Assembly: GCA_963765675.1 (NCBI GenBank)
Contig: CAVXXK010000003.1
Coordinates: 448,001-512,000, forward strand
From: an uncultured delta proteobacterium
GTDB taxonomy: Bacteria > Desulfobacterota > Binatia > Binatales > Binataceae
Direction of reading: 5' to 3'
Length of the DNA stretch: 64,000 nucleotides
In this document: piece after piece, positions 10,484 through 19,348 of the stretch
Position numbering within the stretch: position 1 is the stretch's first letter
Layout of the letters: each line of letters opens with the position of its first letter
Notes under the pieces: model-generated
Databases searched by the model: none
The model's input: only the letters and a program-made list of their open reading frames with translations
What the model was told of the DNA's origin: nothing
Program-made: the position numbers and the translations under genes

Positions 10484-11439
10484 GCGATCTCGCGTGGAAC
10501 GAATTGATCGACGCGCATCTGGATCGGCAGGCGGCCGAGCGCGGTCTCGCGCGCCATTCGCTCGAGGCTTACTCGCGCGACCTGCGCGACTTTCATGATT
10601 TCTGCGATCGGCGCGGCGCCGAGCCGAAAAATCTGGACGCGGCGCTGATTACCGCCTACCTCGAAGACCTGGGCGCGCGCTACGCGGTCGCGACCCAGCG
10701 CCGGCATCTGGCGAGTATCCACGGACTCGCGCGCGAAATGGTCGATCGCAAGATTATCGAACGCGACCCTGCCCCGTCGGTAAAGCTGCGGGCTCATCCG
10801 CGAAAGCTTCCACGCACGCTCACCCGGCGCGACGTCGAGATGCTGATCGATGCGATCGATACCTCGACCACGCGCGGCCTGCGCGACCGCGCGATGCTCG
10901 AGATGGCGTACGGATGCGGCCTGCGCGTCTCGGAGCTGGTGAATATGCAGATGACGCAGATAAATCTGCGCGAGGGCGTGATCGCCGCGTTCGGCAAAGG
11001 CTCGAAGGAGCGGCTCGTTCCGATCGGCGGCGCCGCCACGCGCGCTCTGGCCGCCTATTTGAAACGCCGCGACGCCGAGCTGCGGCAAGCGTCGGAGGGA
11101 AAGCGCAAACGCAGCGCCGCGATGCGCCGGACCAACGCCGTGTTCGTCACGCGCCTTGGACGCGCGATGACCCGGCAGGGATTTTTCAAGGCGCTCAAGC
11201 AGTGGGCGGCTGGCGACCCGCGCACCGCGTGGATCAGTCCGCACACGCTGCGCCATTCGTTCGCGACCCATCTGCTCGAAGGCGGCGCCGACCTGCGTGC
11301 CGTGCAGGAGATGCTCGGGCATAGCGATATCTCGACCACGCAGATCTATACCCATCTGACGCGCTCGCATCTGCGCAAAGTGCATCGCACTTTCCATCCG
11401 CGCGCCACCCGCGAGCAGGCCGCAAAAGGCAGCGACTGA
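10480..11439 (+). CDS. xerD: site-specific tyrosine recombinase XerD
   Basis: GLRVSEL, GKGSKER, SPHTLRHSFATH, GADLRAVQEMLGH, TTQIYTH; adjacent to scpAB. Confidence 0.9.
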   Translation: MSDLAWNELIDAHLDRQAAERGLARHSLEAYSRDLRDFHDFCDRRGAEPKNLDAALITAYLEDLGARYAVATQRRHLASIHGLAREMVDRKIIERDPAPSVKLRAHPRKLPRTLTRRDVEMLIDAIDTSTTRGLRDRAMLEMAYGCGLRVSELVNMQMTQINLREGVIAAFGKGSKERLVPIGGAATRALAAYLKRRDAELRQASEGKRKRSAAMRRTNAVFVTRLGRAMTRQGFFKALKQWAAGDPRTAWISPHTLRHSFATHLLEGGADLRAVQEMLGHSDISTTQIYTHLTRSHLRKVHRTFHPRATREQAAKGSD

Positions 11440-11440
11440 T

Positions 11441-12103
11441 TTGGGCGATCTGAACGGAACGATCGCGACCATCTGTATCGTCGCGCTGCCGATAATTTTC
11501 GCGATCATCGCGCACGAGGTGATGCACGGCGTGGTCGCGCTCTATCTTGGCGACGACACGGCGTTGCGCGCGGGACGCCTGACGCTCAACCCCATCTCGC
11601 ACGTAGATTTGTTCGGCACGATTATCCTGCCGTTCGCGTTGTACCTGTTCGGATTGCCGGTGCTCGGTTACGCGAAGCCGGTGCCGGTCGATTTTCGCGT
11701 GCTGCGCGGAGGACGAAGCGGGATGCTGAAAGTCGCGGCCGCCGGACCGCTGACCAATTTCGTGCTCGCGATCGCAAGCGGCCTCCTGCTGCGCGCGCTG
11801 CTTGATCGCCTGTATAGTCCCGGCAGTCTCGAAATCGTGCGGCCGCTCGCGATGATGCTGCGAGCTTCGGTGATCGTCAACGTCGAGCTGGGCGTGTTCA
11901 ATCTGTTTCCGCTGTTGCCGCTCGACGGCGGACGCGTGCTGTTCTCGATCCTGCCGATCGGCGCCGCGCGCCTGTATGCACGGACCGAGCGCTATGGCTT
12001 TCTTATCCTGCTGCTGCTCCTATATACCCATTGGATTGACGCCGCGATTGACCCGATCATGAGCGCCGCGATGTATGCGATTTCCTGGATGGTGCAGCTT
12101 TGA
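11441..12103 (+). CDS. site-2 protease family (M50) metalloprotease
   Basis: HEVMH, GRLTLNP, AAAGPLTN, FNLFPLLPLDGG. Confidence 0.93.
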   Translation: MGDLNGTIATICIVALPIIFAIIAHEVMHGVVALYLGDDTALRAGRLTLNPISHVDLFGTIILPFALYLFGLPVLGYAKPVPVDFRVLRGGRSGMLKVAAAGPLTNFVLAIASGLLLRALLDRLYSPGSLEIVRPLAMMLRASVIVNVELGVFNLFPLLPLDGGRVLFSILPIGAARLYARTERYGFLILLLLLYTHWIDAAIDPIMSAAMYAISWMVQL

Positions 12104-12870
12104 GCGACGATTCGACCACCGCTCCGCGCCTCGAAGCCGACGGCTCGCCGCGCTTCAAGCTGCCCATCTACGAGGGGCCGCTCGACCTGCTGCTGCATCT
12201 GCTCAAACGCGCCGAGCTTGATCCGCACGACGTCACCGCAAGCGTCATCACCGAACAGTACCTCGCCTACCTCGAGCTCCTGGACCAGCTCAATCTCGAC
12301 GTCGCGGGCGAGTACCTGGTGATGGCGGCGACGCTCTTGCTGATCAAGTCGTTCTCGATGCTGCCGCATCCGGAGCTGGCCGACGCCGAAGAGGCCGAGG
12401 ACTTAAAGCGCGACCTCGTCGCGCGCCTGCTCGAATATCAGCGCTATCGCGAGGCGGCGGAGAAGCTCGGCGAGCGCGCGATCCTCGGGCGCGACGTCTT
12501 CGCTGCTCCGGGCGAGCCGGTTCCCGACGCGGACGCCGATGCGCCCCGCTTCACCGTGTCGATCTTCGATCTGGTCGAGGCGATGGGCGCGGTGCTGAAG
12601 CGAATCGCCGACGCGACCCCGCGCGGAATCGTGCTGCGCGATATACCGGTCGCGCAGTGCATCCCGGCAATTCTCGCCGCGCTCGAAAGCGGACGCAGAA
12701 TCGAATTCACCGCGCTGTTCGCCGATCTGCGCGACCGGCCGATGGTGATCGCGACCTTCATGGCGCTGCTCGAACTGATCCGGCGCGGCGAGATCGCGGC
12801 CTCGCAGGACGATCGCTTCGGACCGATCATGCTCGAGCGCCGCGCCGCGGCGGCCGGACAATCAGCATAA
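12100..12870 (+). CDS. scpA: segregation/condensation protein A
   Basis: YEGPLDLLLHL, GEYLVMAATLL, FMALLEL. Confidence 0.95.
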   Translation: MSDDSTTAPRLEADGSPRFKLPIYEGPLDLLLHLLKRAELDPHDVTASVITEQYLAYLELLDQLNLDVAGEYLVMAATLLLIKSFSMLPHPELADAEEAEDLKRDLVARLLEYQRYREAAEKLGERAILGRDVFAAPGEPVPDADADAPRFTVSIFDLVEAMGAVLKRIADATPRGIVLRDIPVAQCIPAILAALESGRRIEFTALFADLRDRPMVIATFMALLELIRRGEIAASQDDRFGPIMLERRAAAAGQSA

Positions 12871-12891
12871 AAGTTCGGATGGTAGAATCAG

Positions 12892-13563
12892 GTGGAAGAG
12901 GAACGTCTCAAATCAATTCTTGAAAGCCTGCTGTTCGCGGCTGGCGAACCGCTCTCGATTACGCGGATCGCCGCGGTACTCGAAGGCGTGCCCAAAGCGG
13001 AGATCCAGAGTTCGCTCGCGACGCTCGGCGCCGAGTACTCCGCGAACAACCGCGGCCTCGCGATCGAAGAAGTCGCCGGAGGCTTTCAGCTTCGCACGCC
13101 GAAGGAGCACGCGCAGTACGTGCGCCGCCTGCTCGCGGCGCGGCCGCCGCGCCTCAGCCGCCCGCTGCTCGAAACGGTTGCGATCATCGCGTATCGCCAG
13201 CCGATCACGCGCCCCGAAATCGAGCAGTTGCGCGGCGTCGATACGGGCGGCGTGCTCGAAACGCTGCTCGAACGGCGCCTGGTCAAAATCGCGGGCCGCA
13301 AGGAAGCGCCGGGGCGGCCGATGATGTACGCGACCACGCCCGAGTTCCTGGAAGTGTTCGGCCTCAAGGACCTCGAGAGCCTGCCCGACCTGAAGGAATT
13401 CCAGGAAATCGAACGCGCGGTCGAGCAGACCGAAACCGGAAAGGTCGAAAGCATCGAGACCCATCCCGAAGACACCGCCGCGCCGGAATCTCCCGCGACC
13501 GAAACAGACGCCGACACGCCGCCATCGCACGCCGAACCGGAAAAATCGGGCGGAGACAATTAG
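12892..13563 (+). CDS. scpB: SMC-Scp complex subunit ScpB
   Basis: ESLLFAA, IIAYRQPITRPEIEQLRGV, GRPMMYATTPEFL...FGL. Confidence 0.96.
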   Translation: MEEERLKSILESLLFAAGEPLSITRIAAVLEGVPKAEIQSSLATLGAEYSANNRGLAIEEVAGGFQLRTPKEHAQYVRRLLAARPPRLSRPLLETVAIIAYRQPITRPEIEQLRGVDTGGVLETLLERRLVKIAGRKEAPGRPMMYATTPEFLEVFGLKDLESLPDLKEFQEIERAVEQTETGKVESIETHPEDTAAPESPATETDADTPPSHAEPEKSGGDN

Positions 13564-13588
13564 CGGCGAACTCACGAGGACAAATCCT

Positions 13589-14341
13589 ATGGAACGGCTC
13601 AAAGGCAAAGTCGCTTTGATTTCCGGCGGCGCGCGAGGACAAGGTGCCGCTGAAGCGCGCCTGTTCGTTGGCGAAGGCGCCAAGGTCGTAATCGCCGACG
13701 TGCTCGACGACCTGTGCCGCAAGACCGCCGCTCAAATCAACGCCGCCGGTAACTCGAAGTCCGCCATTGCGGTTCATCTCGACGTTACCCGTGCCGCCGA
13801 TTGGCGTGCCGCGGTCGAGACTTGCGAGCGCGAGTTTGGCGGCCTCGACATCCTGGTCAATAATGCCGGAATCGCAAACGTGAAGGGCGTCGAGGAAACC
13901 AGCGAAGAGGAGTGGGATTCCGTCGTCAACATCAACCAGAAGGGCGTATGGCTGGGGATGAAGTCCGCCGTTCCCGCGATGCGCAAGCGCGGCGCCGGCT
14001 CGATTATCAACATCTCCTCGATCTACGGATTGGTCGGCTCCGCCGGATCCACTGCATATCACGGCACCAAGGGCGCGGTTCGCCTGCTATCCAAATCCGC
14101 CGCGGTCCAGTACGCCGCTGACAAGATCCGCGTCAACTCGATTCATCCAGGAATCATCCTCACCCCGATGCTTGGTGTCGCGACCAGGGAAGAGTTGCAG
14201 CCGTTGATCGATGCGACCCCGCTCAAACGCGCCGCCAAGCCCGAGGAGGTCGGATGGTGCGCAGTCTTTCTTGCCAGCGACGAAGCCTCCTTCGTCACCG
14301 GCTCCGAGCTGGTGGTGGACGGCGGCTACACCGCGCACTAG
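13589..14341 (+). CDS. SDR family oxidoreductase (hydroxysteroid/cyclopentanol dehydrogenase-like)
   Basis: SGGARGQG, NNAGI, YHGTK (YxxxK), RVNSIHPG. Confidence 0.93.
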   Translation: MERLKGKVALISGGARGQGAAEARLFVGEGAKVVIADVLDDLCRKTAAQINAAGNSKSAIAVHLDVTRAADWRAAVETCEREFGGLDILVNNAGIANVKGVEETSEEEWDSVVNINQKGVWLGMKSAVPAMRKRGAGSIINISSIYGLVGSAGSTAYHGTKGAVRLLSKSAAVQYAADKIRVNSIHPGIILTPMLGVATREELQPLIDATPLKRAAKPEEVGWCAVFLASDEASFVTGSELVVDGGYTAH

Positions 14342-14403
14342 ATGCTTTCGCGCTGCATGAAAACATGACCAGCGCGCGGCTCTACCCGGCCGCCCGGATA
14401 CGA

Positions 14404-14790
14404 TCAACGCGGCGCCTGAACCACGAATCCCAGCGCGGCCGCAGCCTGCGCCATGCGCTGGTCATACGTAACCAGGACTTCCAGCTCGGCGGCAACCCGT
14501 TGCGCCGCCGCAAGGTGTATCGCGTCCAGCGATCGCAGCACGCGCGCGTCGAGCGTCGCCGCCGTATCCAGCAGAGAATCGTCCACACGGATGAGATGAA
14601 TCCGATCAAGGACCACTCGCGCTCTGCGCAGGACCGCGGGTCCCAAGTGACGAACGGCGCGGGGCACCTCGGTTCTTGCCAGCGAGCACGAGATTCGATC
14701 GCGATGGCTCCTGACGAAGCTGCCAAGCGCCCGCGATTCAGGCTCGCGCACGACCAATTTTACAATTGCGGACGAGTCGAGATAGATCAT
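14404..14790 (-). CDS. vapC: VapC-family PIN-domain toxin
   Basis: IYLDSSAIVKL, TEV, LRSLDAIHLAAA, VTYD acidic PIN motifs. Confidence 0.92.
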   Translation of the reverse strand: MIYLDSSAIVKLVVREPESRALGSFVRSHRDRISCSLARTEVPRAVRHLGPAVLRRARVVLDRIHLIRVDDSLLDTAATLDARVLRSLDAIHLAAAQRVAAELEVLVTYDQRMAQAAAALGFVVQAPR

Positions 14791-14807
14791 CGCGCCGTAT
14801 TGCCTGC

Positions 14808-15083
14808 TCAGCGTTCGTGCCTGCGCATGCGGGCAAGACGTCGCGACGCAGGTTCCTGTCCCTTGGGGACCGGCAGCGGCTCGCCGAGATCCTCCAGATC
14901 CTTGCGCGCGCGCCGCAAGCTGCCGACGCTCTCAAGCAAGCCGATCGTGTCCTTTGCGGCCAGCGGGACCAGTCGAGCGACGGGCCGTCCGCGCTCGGTT
15001 ACTTCGACCGCAACTCCACGGCTGACCTCGCGTACGATCGCGGCGGCGTTCTGTTGCAGCATTCGAATCCCGACCGATTTCAT
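14808..15083 (-). CDS. Phd/YefM-family antitoxin (VapB-like)
   Basis: MKSVGIRMLQQNAAAIVREV..G..VEVTERGRPVARLVP; lies directly upstream of the PIN toxin. Confidence 0.9.
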   Translation of the reverse strand: MKSVGIRMLQQNAAAIVREVSRGVAVEVTERGRPVARLVPLAAKDTIGLLESVGSLRRARKDLEDLGEPLPVPKGQEPASRRLARMRRHER

Positions 15084-15102
15084 GTGCGTCATTGTAGCAC
15101 AT
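15082..15102 (-). promoter_or_regulatory. TA operator palindrome overlapping a -10 box; probable leaderless start
   Basis: ATGTGC-N9-GCACAT inverted repeat contains TACAAT (15096-15091), 7 nt before ATG 15083. Confidence 0.65.
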
Positions 15103-15186
15103 CGCGGAAGGTTCGATAAGGGTTGCTCGACGAGTTGGCGGCATGAGAAGTTCCGAATCAATCACTTTCTGGAGGAATAGACTCGG

Positions 15187-15513
15187 ATGATTTATGAGCT
15201 GCGCGTATATCACTGCGTCCCGGGCCGCTTGCCCGCAATCATTAAACGCTTCGATACCATCACCTGCCGGTTGTTCGAGAAGCACGGCATCAAGCAGGTC
15301 GGCTACTGGACGGTCGCGATCGGTGAGTCGAGCTCCGATCTGGTTTACATGCTGCAATGGGAATCGCTGGCCGATCGCGACAAGAAGTTCGCCGCCTTCG
15401 CCGCCGATCCCGAATGGATCGAGGCGCGCGCCAAATCAGAAGCCGACGGCCCGATCGTCGCTTCGATCACCAACAGCATCCTGATGCCGACCTCGTTTTC
15501 CGCGCTGAAGTAA
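15187..15513 (+). CDS. NIPSNAP family protein
   Basis: MIYELRVY...PGRL...RF...LFEKHGI..VGYW...W.S...R...F..DPEW; RBS GGAGG. Confidence 0.92.
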   Translation: MIYELRVYHCVPGRLPAIIKRFDTITCRLFEKHGIKQVGYWTVAIGESSSDLVYMLQWESLADRDKKFAAFAADPEWIEARAKSEADGPIVASITNSILMPTSFSALK

Positions 15514-15598
15514 GTGCGCGCCGCCGTCGGCGGCGCGCCGGACGACCTGAACGAATCTTGACGGCGAGAAACTTCGCGAATCGCGCCAGGAGGATCTC

Positions 15599-16378
15599 AT
15601 GTCTGAAGTAAACCTTTCACTCGAGGGCAAAGTCGCGCTTATCACCGGCGGCTCCAAAGGCATTTGCCGATCGATCGCGCGCGCGTTCGCGGAACACGGC
15701 GCCGATATCGCGATCGCCGCGCGCGGCCGCGAGGCACTCGAAGCGACTCGCCACGAAATCGAGGCGACCGGACGCCGATGCGTCGCGCTCAGCGCGGATA
15801 TGTCGCACGAGGATCAGTGGGCGCGCATCGTCGACGAAACCGTCGCGGCGCTCGGCGGCGTCGATATCCTCGTCTATGGCGCCGCGGCGGCCGAAAAATA
15901 TGCTCCGATAACCAAATCCACCAGCGCCGGATGGGACCTCGTGATGCGCGTGAACCTGAAGGCGGCCTTCATGGTTTCCAAACTGTGCCATCCGCATATG
16001 AAGAAACGTGGCGGCGGATCGATCATCCACATCACCTCGAACGAATGCCTGCGCCCGTCGTTCGGATTGGGGAGCTATTCCATCAGCAAGGGCGCGATGG
16101 TGACGATGATGCAGGTGTGCGCCAAGGAATGGGCTGCCGATCAGATTCGCGTGAACTGTATCGCGCCCGGCCTGGTGCGAACCGAGCTGGCCGAGCCGCT
16201 GGTCAAGATGGTCGAGAAGAGCGGCCGCTATCCAAATCCGCTAAAGCGCATCGGCGAGCCGAACGAGATCGCAGGCATCGCGCTGTATCTCGCGAGTCCC
16301 GCCGGAGCCTACGCCACCGGCCAGACGTTCGTTATCGATGGCGGCGAGTTGGTCTATGCTCCGCTCGATATTCAATGA
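15599..16378 (+). CDS. SDR family oxidoreductase
   Basis: TGGSKGI, YSISK, IRVNCIAPG; RBS AGGAGG. Confidence 0.92.
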   Translation: MSEVNLSLEGKVALITGGSKGICRSIARAFAEHGADIAIAARGREALEATRHEIEATGRRCVALSADMSHEDQWARIVDETVAALGGVDILVYGAAAAEKYAPITKSTSAGWDLVMRVNLKAAFMVSKLCHPHMKKRGGGSIIHITSNECLRPSFGLGSYSISKGAMVTMMQVCAKEWAADQIRVNCIAPGLVRTELAEPLVKMVEKSGRYPNPLKRIGEPNEIAGIALYLASPAGAYATGQTFVIDGGELVYAPLDIQ

Positions 16379-16411
16379 ACGACGAGTTCGAGATTCCCGC
16401 GGGCGTCCCGG

Positions 16412-17728
16412 ATGAAGCCAAAGTGGATGTCCGAGCGAGTCTTCTCGCCGCGCCGATGGTTGACTATCGATTACGCGCCGCATCCCGACGAGCGTTCGTT
16501 TCTGGAGCGGGCCGAGACTCGCCGCGAGGGTGAGGTTGCGATCACCGTCGCGGTGCCGAGCGACCGCGAGAGCGAGCGGATTTTCGGCGTTCGGCTGGCG
16601 CGCCACCATCTGCAGGCGGTCTGGCTGCAAGTAGTAAATGGCGGCGGAGAATCGTTGTGGCTGGATCGGATCCAGCTAGACCCCGACTACTACACTCCGC
16701 TCGAGGCTGCGCGCCTCGCACATTTTCGCATGGGCACTCGTCTCGTAGCGTTCGGGGTGCTCGGATGGCTGTTCCTTCCGCTCCTGCCGCTAATCCCGCT
16801 GAAACTTTTTTCCGCTCGCCGCGCGAATTGCCGCATGAACGATCTCTTTCGCACCTCGGGATTCCCAACCGGGGTGATCGAACCCGGGAAAACGCTAAGC
16901 GGTTTCCTCTTCACCCGGCTGGACGAAGGCGTGAAACGAATCGACCTACGGATGCTCGGCCGCAGCCACACCATCGACTGCCAGTTCACAATCGAAGTGC
17001 CGGGACTGGCCCTGCTCGAGCCGGCACACGAAACGGAACCGTCCGCCGACACCAAGGACCTCGACGAGGCCGCCCTTCAAGCCTGGATTGAGCGGCAGCC
17101 GCGATCGACGAGCAACGCGCTCGGGACCATCGACGGTGACCCGCTCAATCTGGTTCTTGTGGGCGACCGCGCTTGCATCCAGGAATGCCTCTCCACGTGG
17201 GACGAGACTGAGTCGATCACGCTCGGCACTTCGTGGAAAACCGCGAAGGCCTTTCTGCTCGAGTCGCAATACCGCTACTCCCCGGTGAGCCCGCTCTATC
17301 TCGGCGGACGCGTGGAGGATTTCGCGCTCCAACGCGCCCGCGCGAACCTCAACCAGCGCCTGCATCTGCGGCTCTGGAGCACCAAGATTCGCTACGCCGG
17401 CCAACCAGTCTGGATCGGCCAAGTCAGCCGCGATATCGGCGTGCGCTTCACGCTAAAAACCTGGAACCTGACGACGCATCAGATCGATCCCAACGTCGAC
17501 GAAGCCCGCGACTACGTTCTCGACGATCTCCTCGCCTCCCGCCGCGTCTCCCGCCTGGGCTTCGCTCCCGGCGTCGACCCAGCCCCCGCGACGTCTCCAC
17601 GCCACAACCTCACGGGCGACCCCTACTTCACCGACGGCCTGCGAGCCTTCGCCATCCTATCCAAAACCCGCACAACCCCCGCCCTCCTATCCTGGCTCGC
17701 GCCAACGTCACCGAAGCCGCCGCCCTGA
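16412..17728 (+). CDS. LssY C-terminal domain-containing protein
   Basis: GDPLNLVLVG, PVSPLY, RLHLRLW, WIGQVSRDIGV, THQIDPNVDEARDY; one internal TM stretch. Confidence 0.75.
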   Translation: MKPKWMSERVFSPRRWLTIDYAPHPDERSFLERAETRREGEVAITVAVPSDRESERIFGVRLARHHLQAVWLQVVNGGGESLWLDRIQLDPDYYTPLEAARLAHFRMGTRLVAFGVLGWLFLPLLPLIPLKLFSARRANCRMNDLFRTSGFPTGVIEPGKTLSGFLFTRLDEGVKRIDLRMLGRSHTIDCQFTIEVPGLALLEPAHETEPSADTKDLDEAALQAWIERQPRSTSNALGTIDGDPLNLVLVGDRACIQECLSTWDETESITLGTSWKTAKAFLLESQYRYSPVSPLYLGGRVEDFALQRARANLNQRLHLRLWSTKIRYAGQPVWIGQVSRDIGVRFTLKTWNLTTHQIDPNVDEARDYVLDDLLASRRVSRLGFAPGVDPAPATSPRHNLTGDPYFTDGLRAFAILSKTRTTPALLSWLAPTSPKPPP

Positions 17729-17876
17729 AACACGCAAAGCTACGCCCACAAGTTGAGCAGCCCGGCTCCGCGTTAGCGCCACACCCTACCGATCGTCAAG
17801 TCTTTTCTACCGGATTTGTCAAAGGCCCGAACTGTTCGGCGAATATGCGAACTCAATTCCTGCGAAGGGTCTAGTC

Positions 17877-17903
17877 AAGCTGGCTCTGATAGACCAGCTT
17901 TTT
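17877..17903 (+). terminator. putative rho-independent terminator
   Basis: AAGCTGG...CCAGCTT stem followed by a T-run. Confidence 0.5.
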
Positions 17904-17985
17904 CGTCTAAGTAGGGAGGTATGAACGACGACTTCCAGCTTGTTCGCCAGTTTAGTGGAGTGGTGTTTTGGTTTTACTCGTGATC

Positions 17986-18558
17986 TTAATCGTGGTGACG
18001 AGCATAGGGACAGCGCGAGAAGTGCTTAACAGTGGCGTCATACGAGATACAATCCGCAACCTTCCAAACCCTTCCGAAGATATCGCGATACGCTACCGCC
18101 GCCTCGAATTGTTTGTTCCAGTAATCGGACGTGGTGATGGTTCCGGCACCACTGATGAGCCGCGTGTCGCCGGCAGCCAGATTCCATCCGCTTTGAATTG
18201 GTTGTACGCGCCGGACGAAGGCGTTAAACGACAGCTCCGCGATATCGGGTGTACCGGCCGGTATGCCTTCGAAGAACCTCACGTTTATCTCCTCAGCAAC
18301 GGTAGTACCGACATTTCTCAATTTAAAGCTGATCCGATTTGTCATGCTGTTATTCGGACTAGAGGTAGAGCCAATATCAAAATCCTCGATTACCAAGTGT
18401 GCTCGCTGGACGGCCTCGGACTCCTCAAGTTGCTTAGCCAGAGTACCAGATTGGTTATGCATCTCAGACCATTGTTTATACGCGAAGGCAGCGTAGACAC
18501 TGGTAACGAGAGCGATCACTGACGTCAATCCAACTACCCATCGTTCGTAATTGTTCAT
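17986..18558 (-). CDS. hypothetical single-pass membrane protein, lower GC
   Basis: N-terminal TM helix (WVVGLTSVIALVTSVYAAFAY), a short helical linker and a beta-rich body; RBS AGGA; atypical codon usage. Confidence 0.7.
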   Translation of the reverse strand: MNNYERWVVGLTSVIALVTSVYAAFAYKQWSEMHNQSGTLAKQLEESEAVQRAHLVIEDFDIGSTSSPNNSMTNRISFKLRNVGTTVAEEINVRFFEGIPAGTPDIAELSFNAFVRRVQPIQSGWNLAAGDTRLISGAGTITTSDYWNKQFEAAVAYRDIFGRVWKVADCISYDATVKHFSRCPYARHHD

Positions 18559-18877
18559 AGCAAGTTCCTGAGGGCTCCTGTGGGAATCATTGGAATGGTT
18601 CTTACGGCTTACGCGCGCTTCAGCTCCACTTCCTCTGCCGCAAGTGCGGCGAGTACCATCGGCGACGCAAGGCCAAGGTCGCCCAATCCGTACGGGCCGC
18701 CTCCGTCCACAGAGAGTCTGCTAATCGTGACACCTTGTGGTTATGTGCGTCATGCGCTAGACTAGCCAAGTCGAGGTCTGCCGCAGCTCCTGCGGCGCCT
18801 CTTCGTGGGTCTTTCCTTGGCCGTCGGGCGTCCGCCAACTGCGCGAAAAAGTGGCTGAAATTGAGGTACCGAAAAGT

Positions 18878-18970
18878 CACCAAACGAAGCCATACGAAGC
18901 CAATTTCGCCAGCATTTTCAAGGGATTTATTTTTTTAGCCACCTGGAAAAGATACCAAACGAACCCACCG
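18878..18970 (+). repeat. family C short repeat cluster (AAACGAA[C/G]CCA)
   Basis: caccaaacgaagcca, tacgaagccaa and accaaacgaacccaccg; a variant at 19271-19285 and an inverted copy at 59062-59079. Confidence 0.65.
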
Positions 18971-19107
18971 CAAAACGCCCTAATATCAAAAAATCAAAGG
19001 CACTGCTCTGTCCGCAGCGGCGCGTGCAAGGTCCAAGAGCATTCGGCAGGGTCAGTTTTACGGCGGCCGTCATTCGCGGGCCGCTGCTGCACGTGTTCTG
19101 TTCCATG

Positions 19108-19264
19108 AGTGTCATTCCCGCGCGTGGCTGCCGCAGGAGAGCCTGTCCTGAGCCTGCCGAAGGAAATCCCGTTCTTATTCGCCGACCGTCCGCCACTGGC
19201 GGGTGAGTGCAAGTGCGCCTCGGGATTCCTCGCACGCGGCAGCCACGCGCGCGGGAATGACACT
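19108..19264. repeat. family B MITE/REP-like element with ~27-bp terminal inverted repeats
   Basis: agtgtcattcccgcgcgtggctgccgc ... gcggcagccacgcgcgcgggaatgacact, with an internal gcctgtcctgagcctgccgaagga unit. Confidence 0.8.
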
Positions 19265-19348
19265 TGGGCTCAAACTAACCCACCGCCGAGCATTCAAGTT
19301 GCCTGCGGCCTTCATCTTCGACATCGGAGATCTCAAGGACCGCGCCGA

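Noticed and set aside
10480-11439. Tyrosine recombinase as a phage or island integrase
   Set aside because: It has XerD signature motifs, sits in a housekeeping operon, and no att sites or cargo genes are evident.
17968-18522. 184-aa plus-strand ORF
   Set aside because: It is antisense to the more protein-like 17986-18558 gene, which has a TM anchor and an RBS.
18561-18938. Zinc-finger-like frame (CRKC...CASC)
   Set aside because: There is no start codon upstream of the first CxxC and the frame runs into repeats; at most a remnant.
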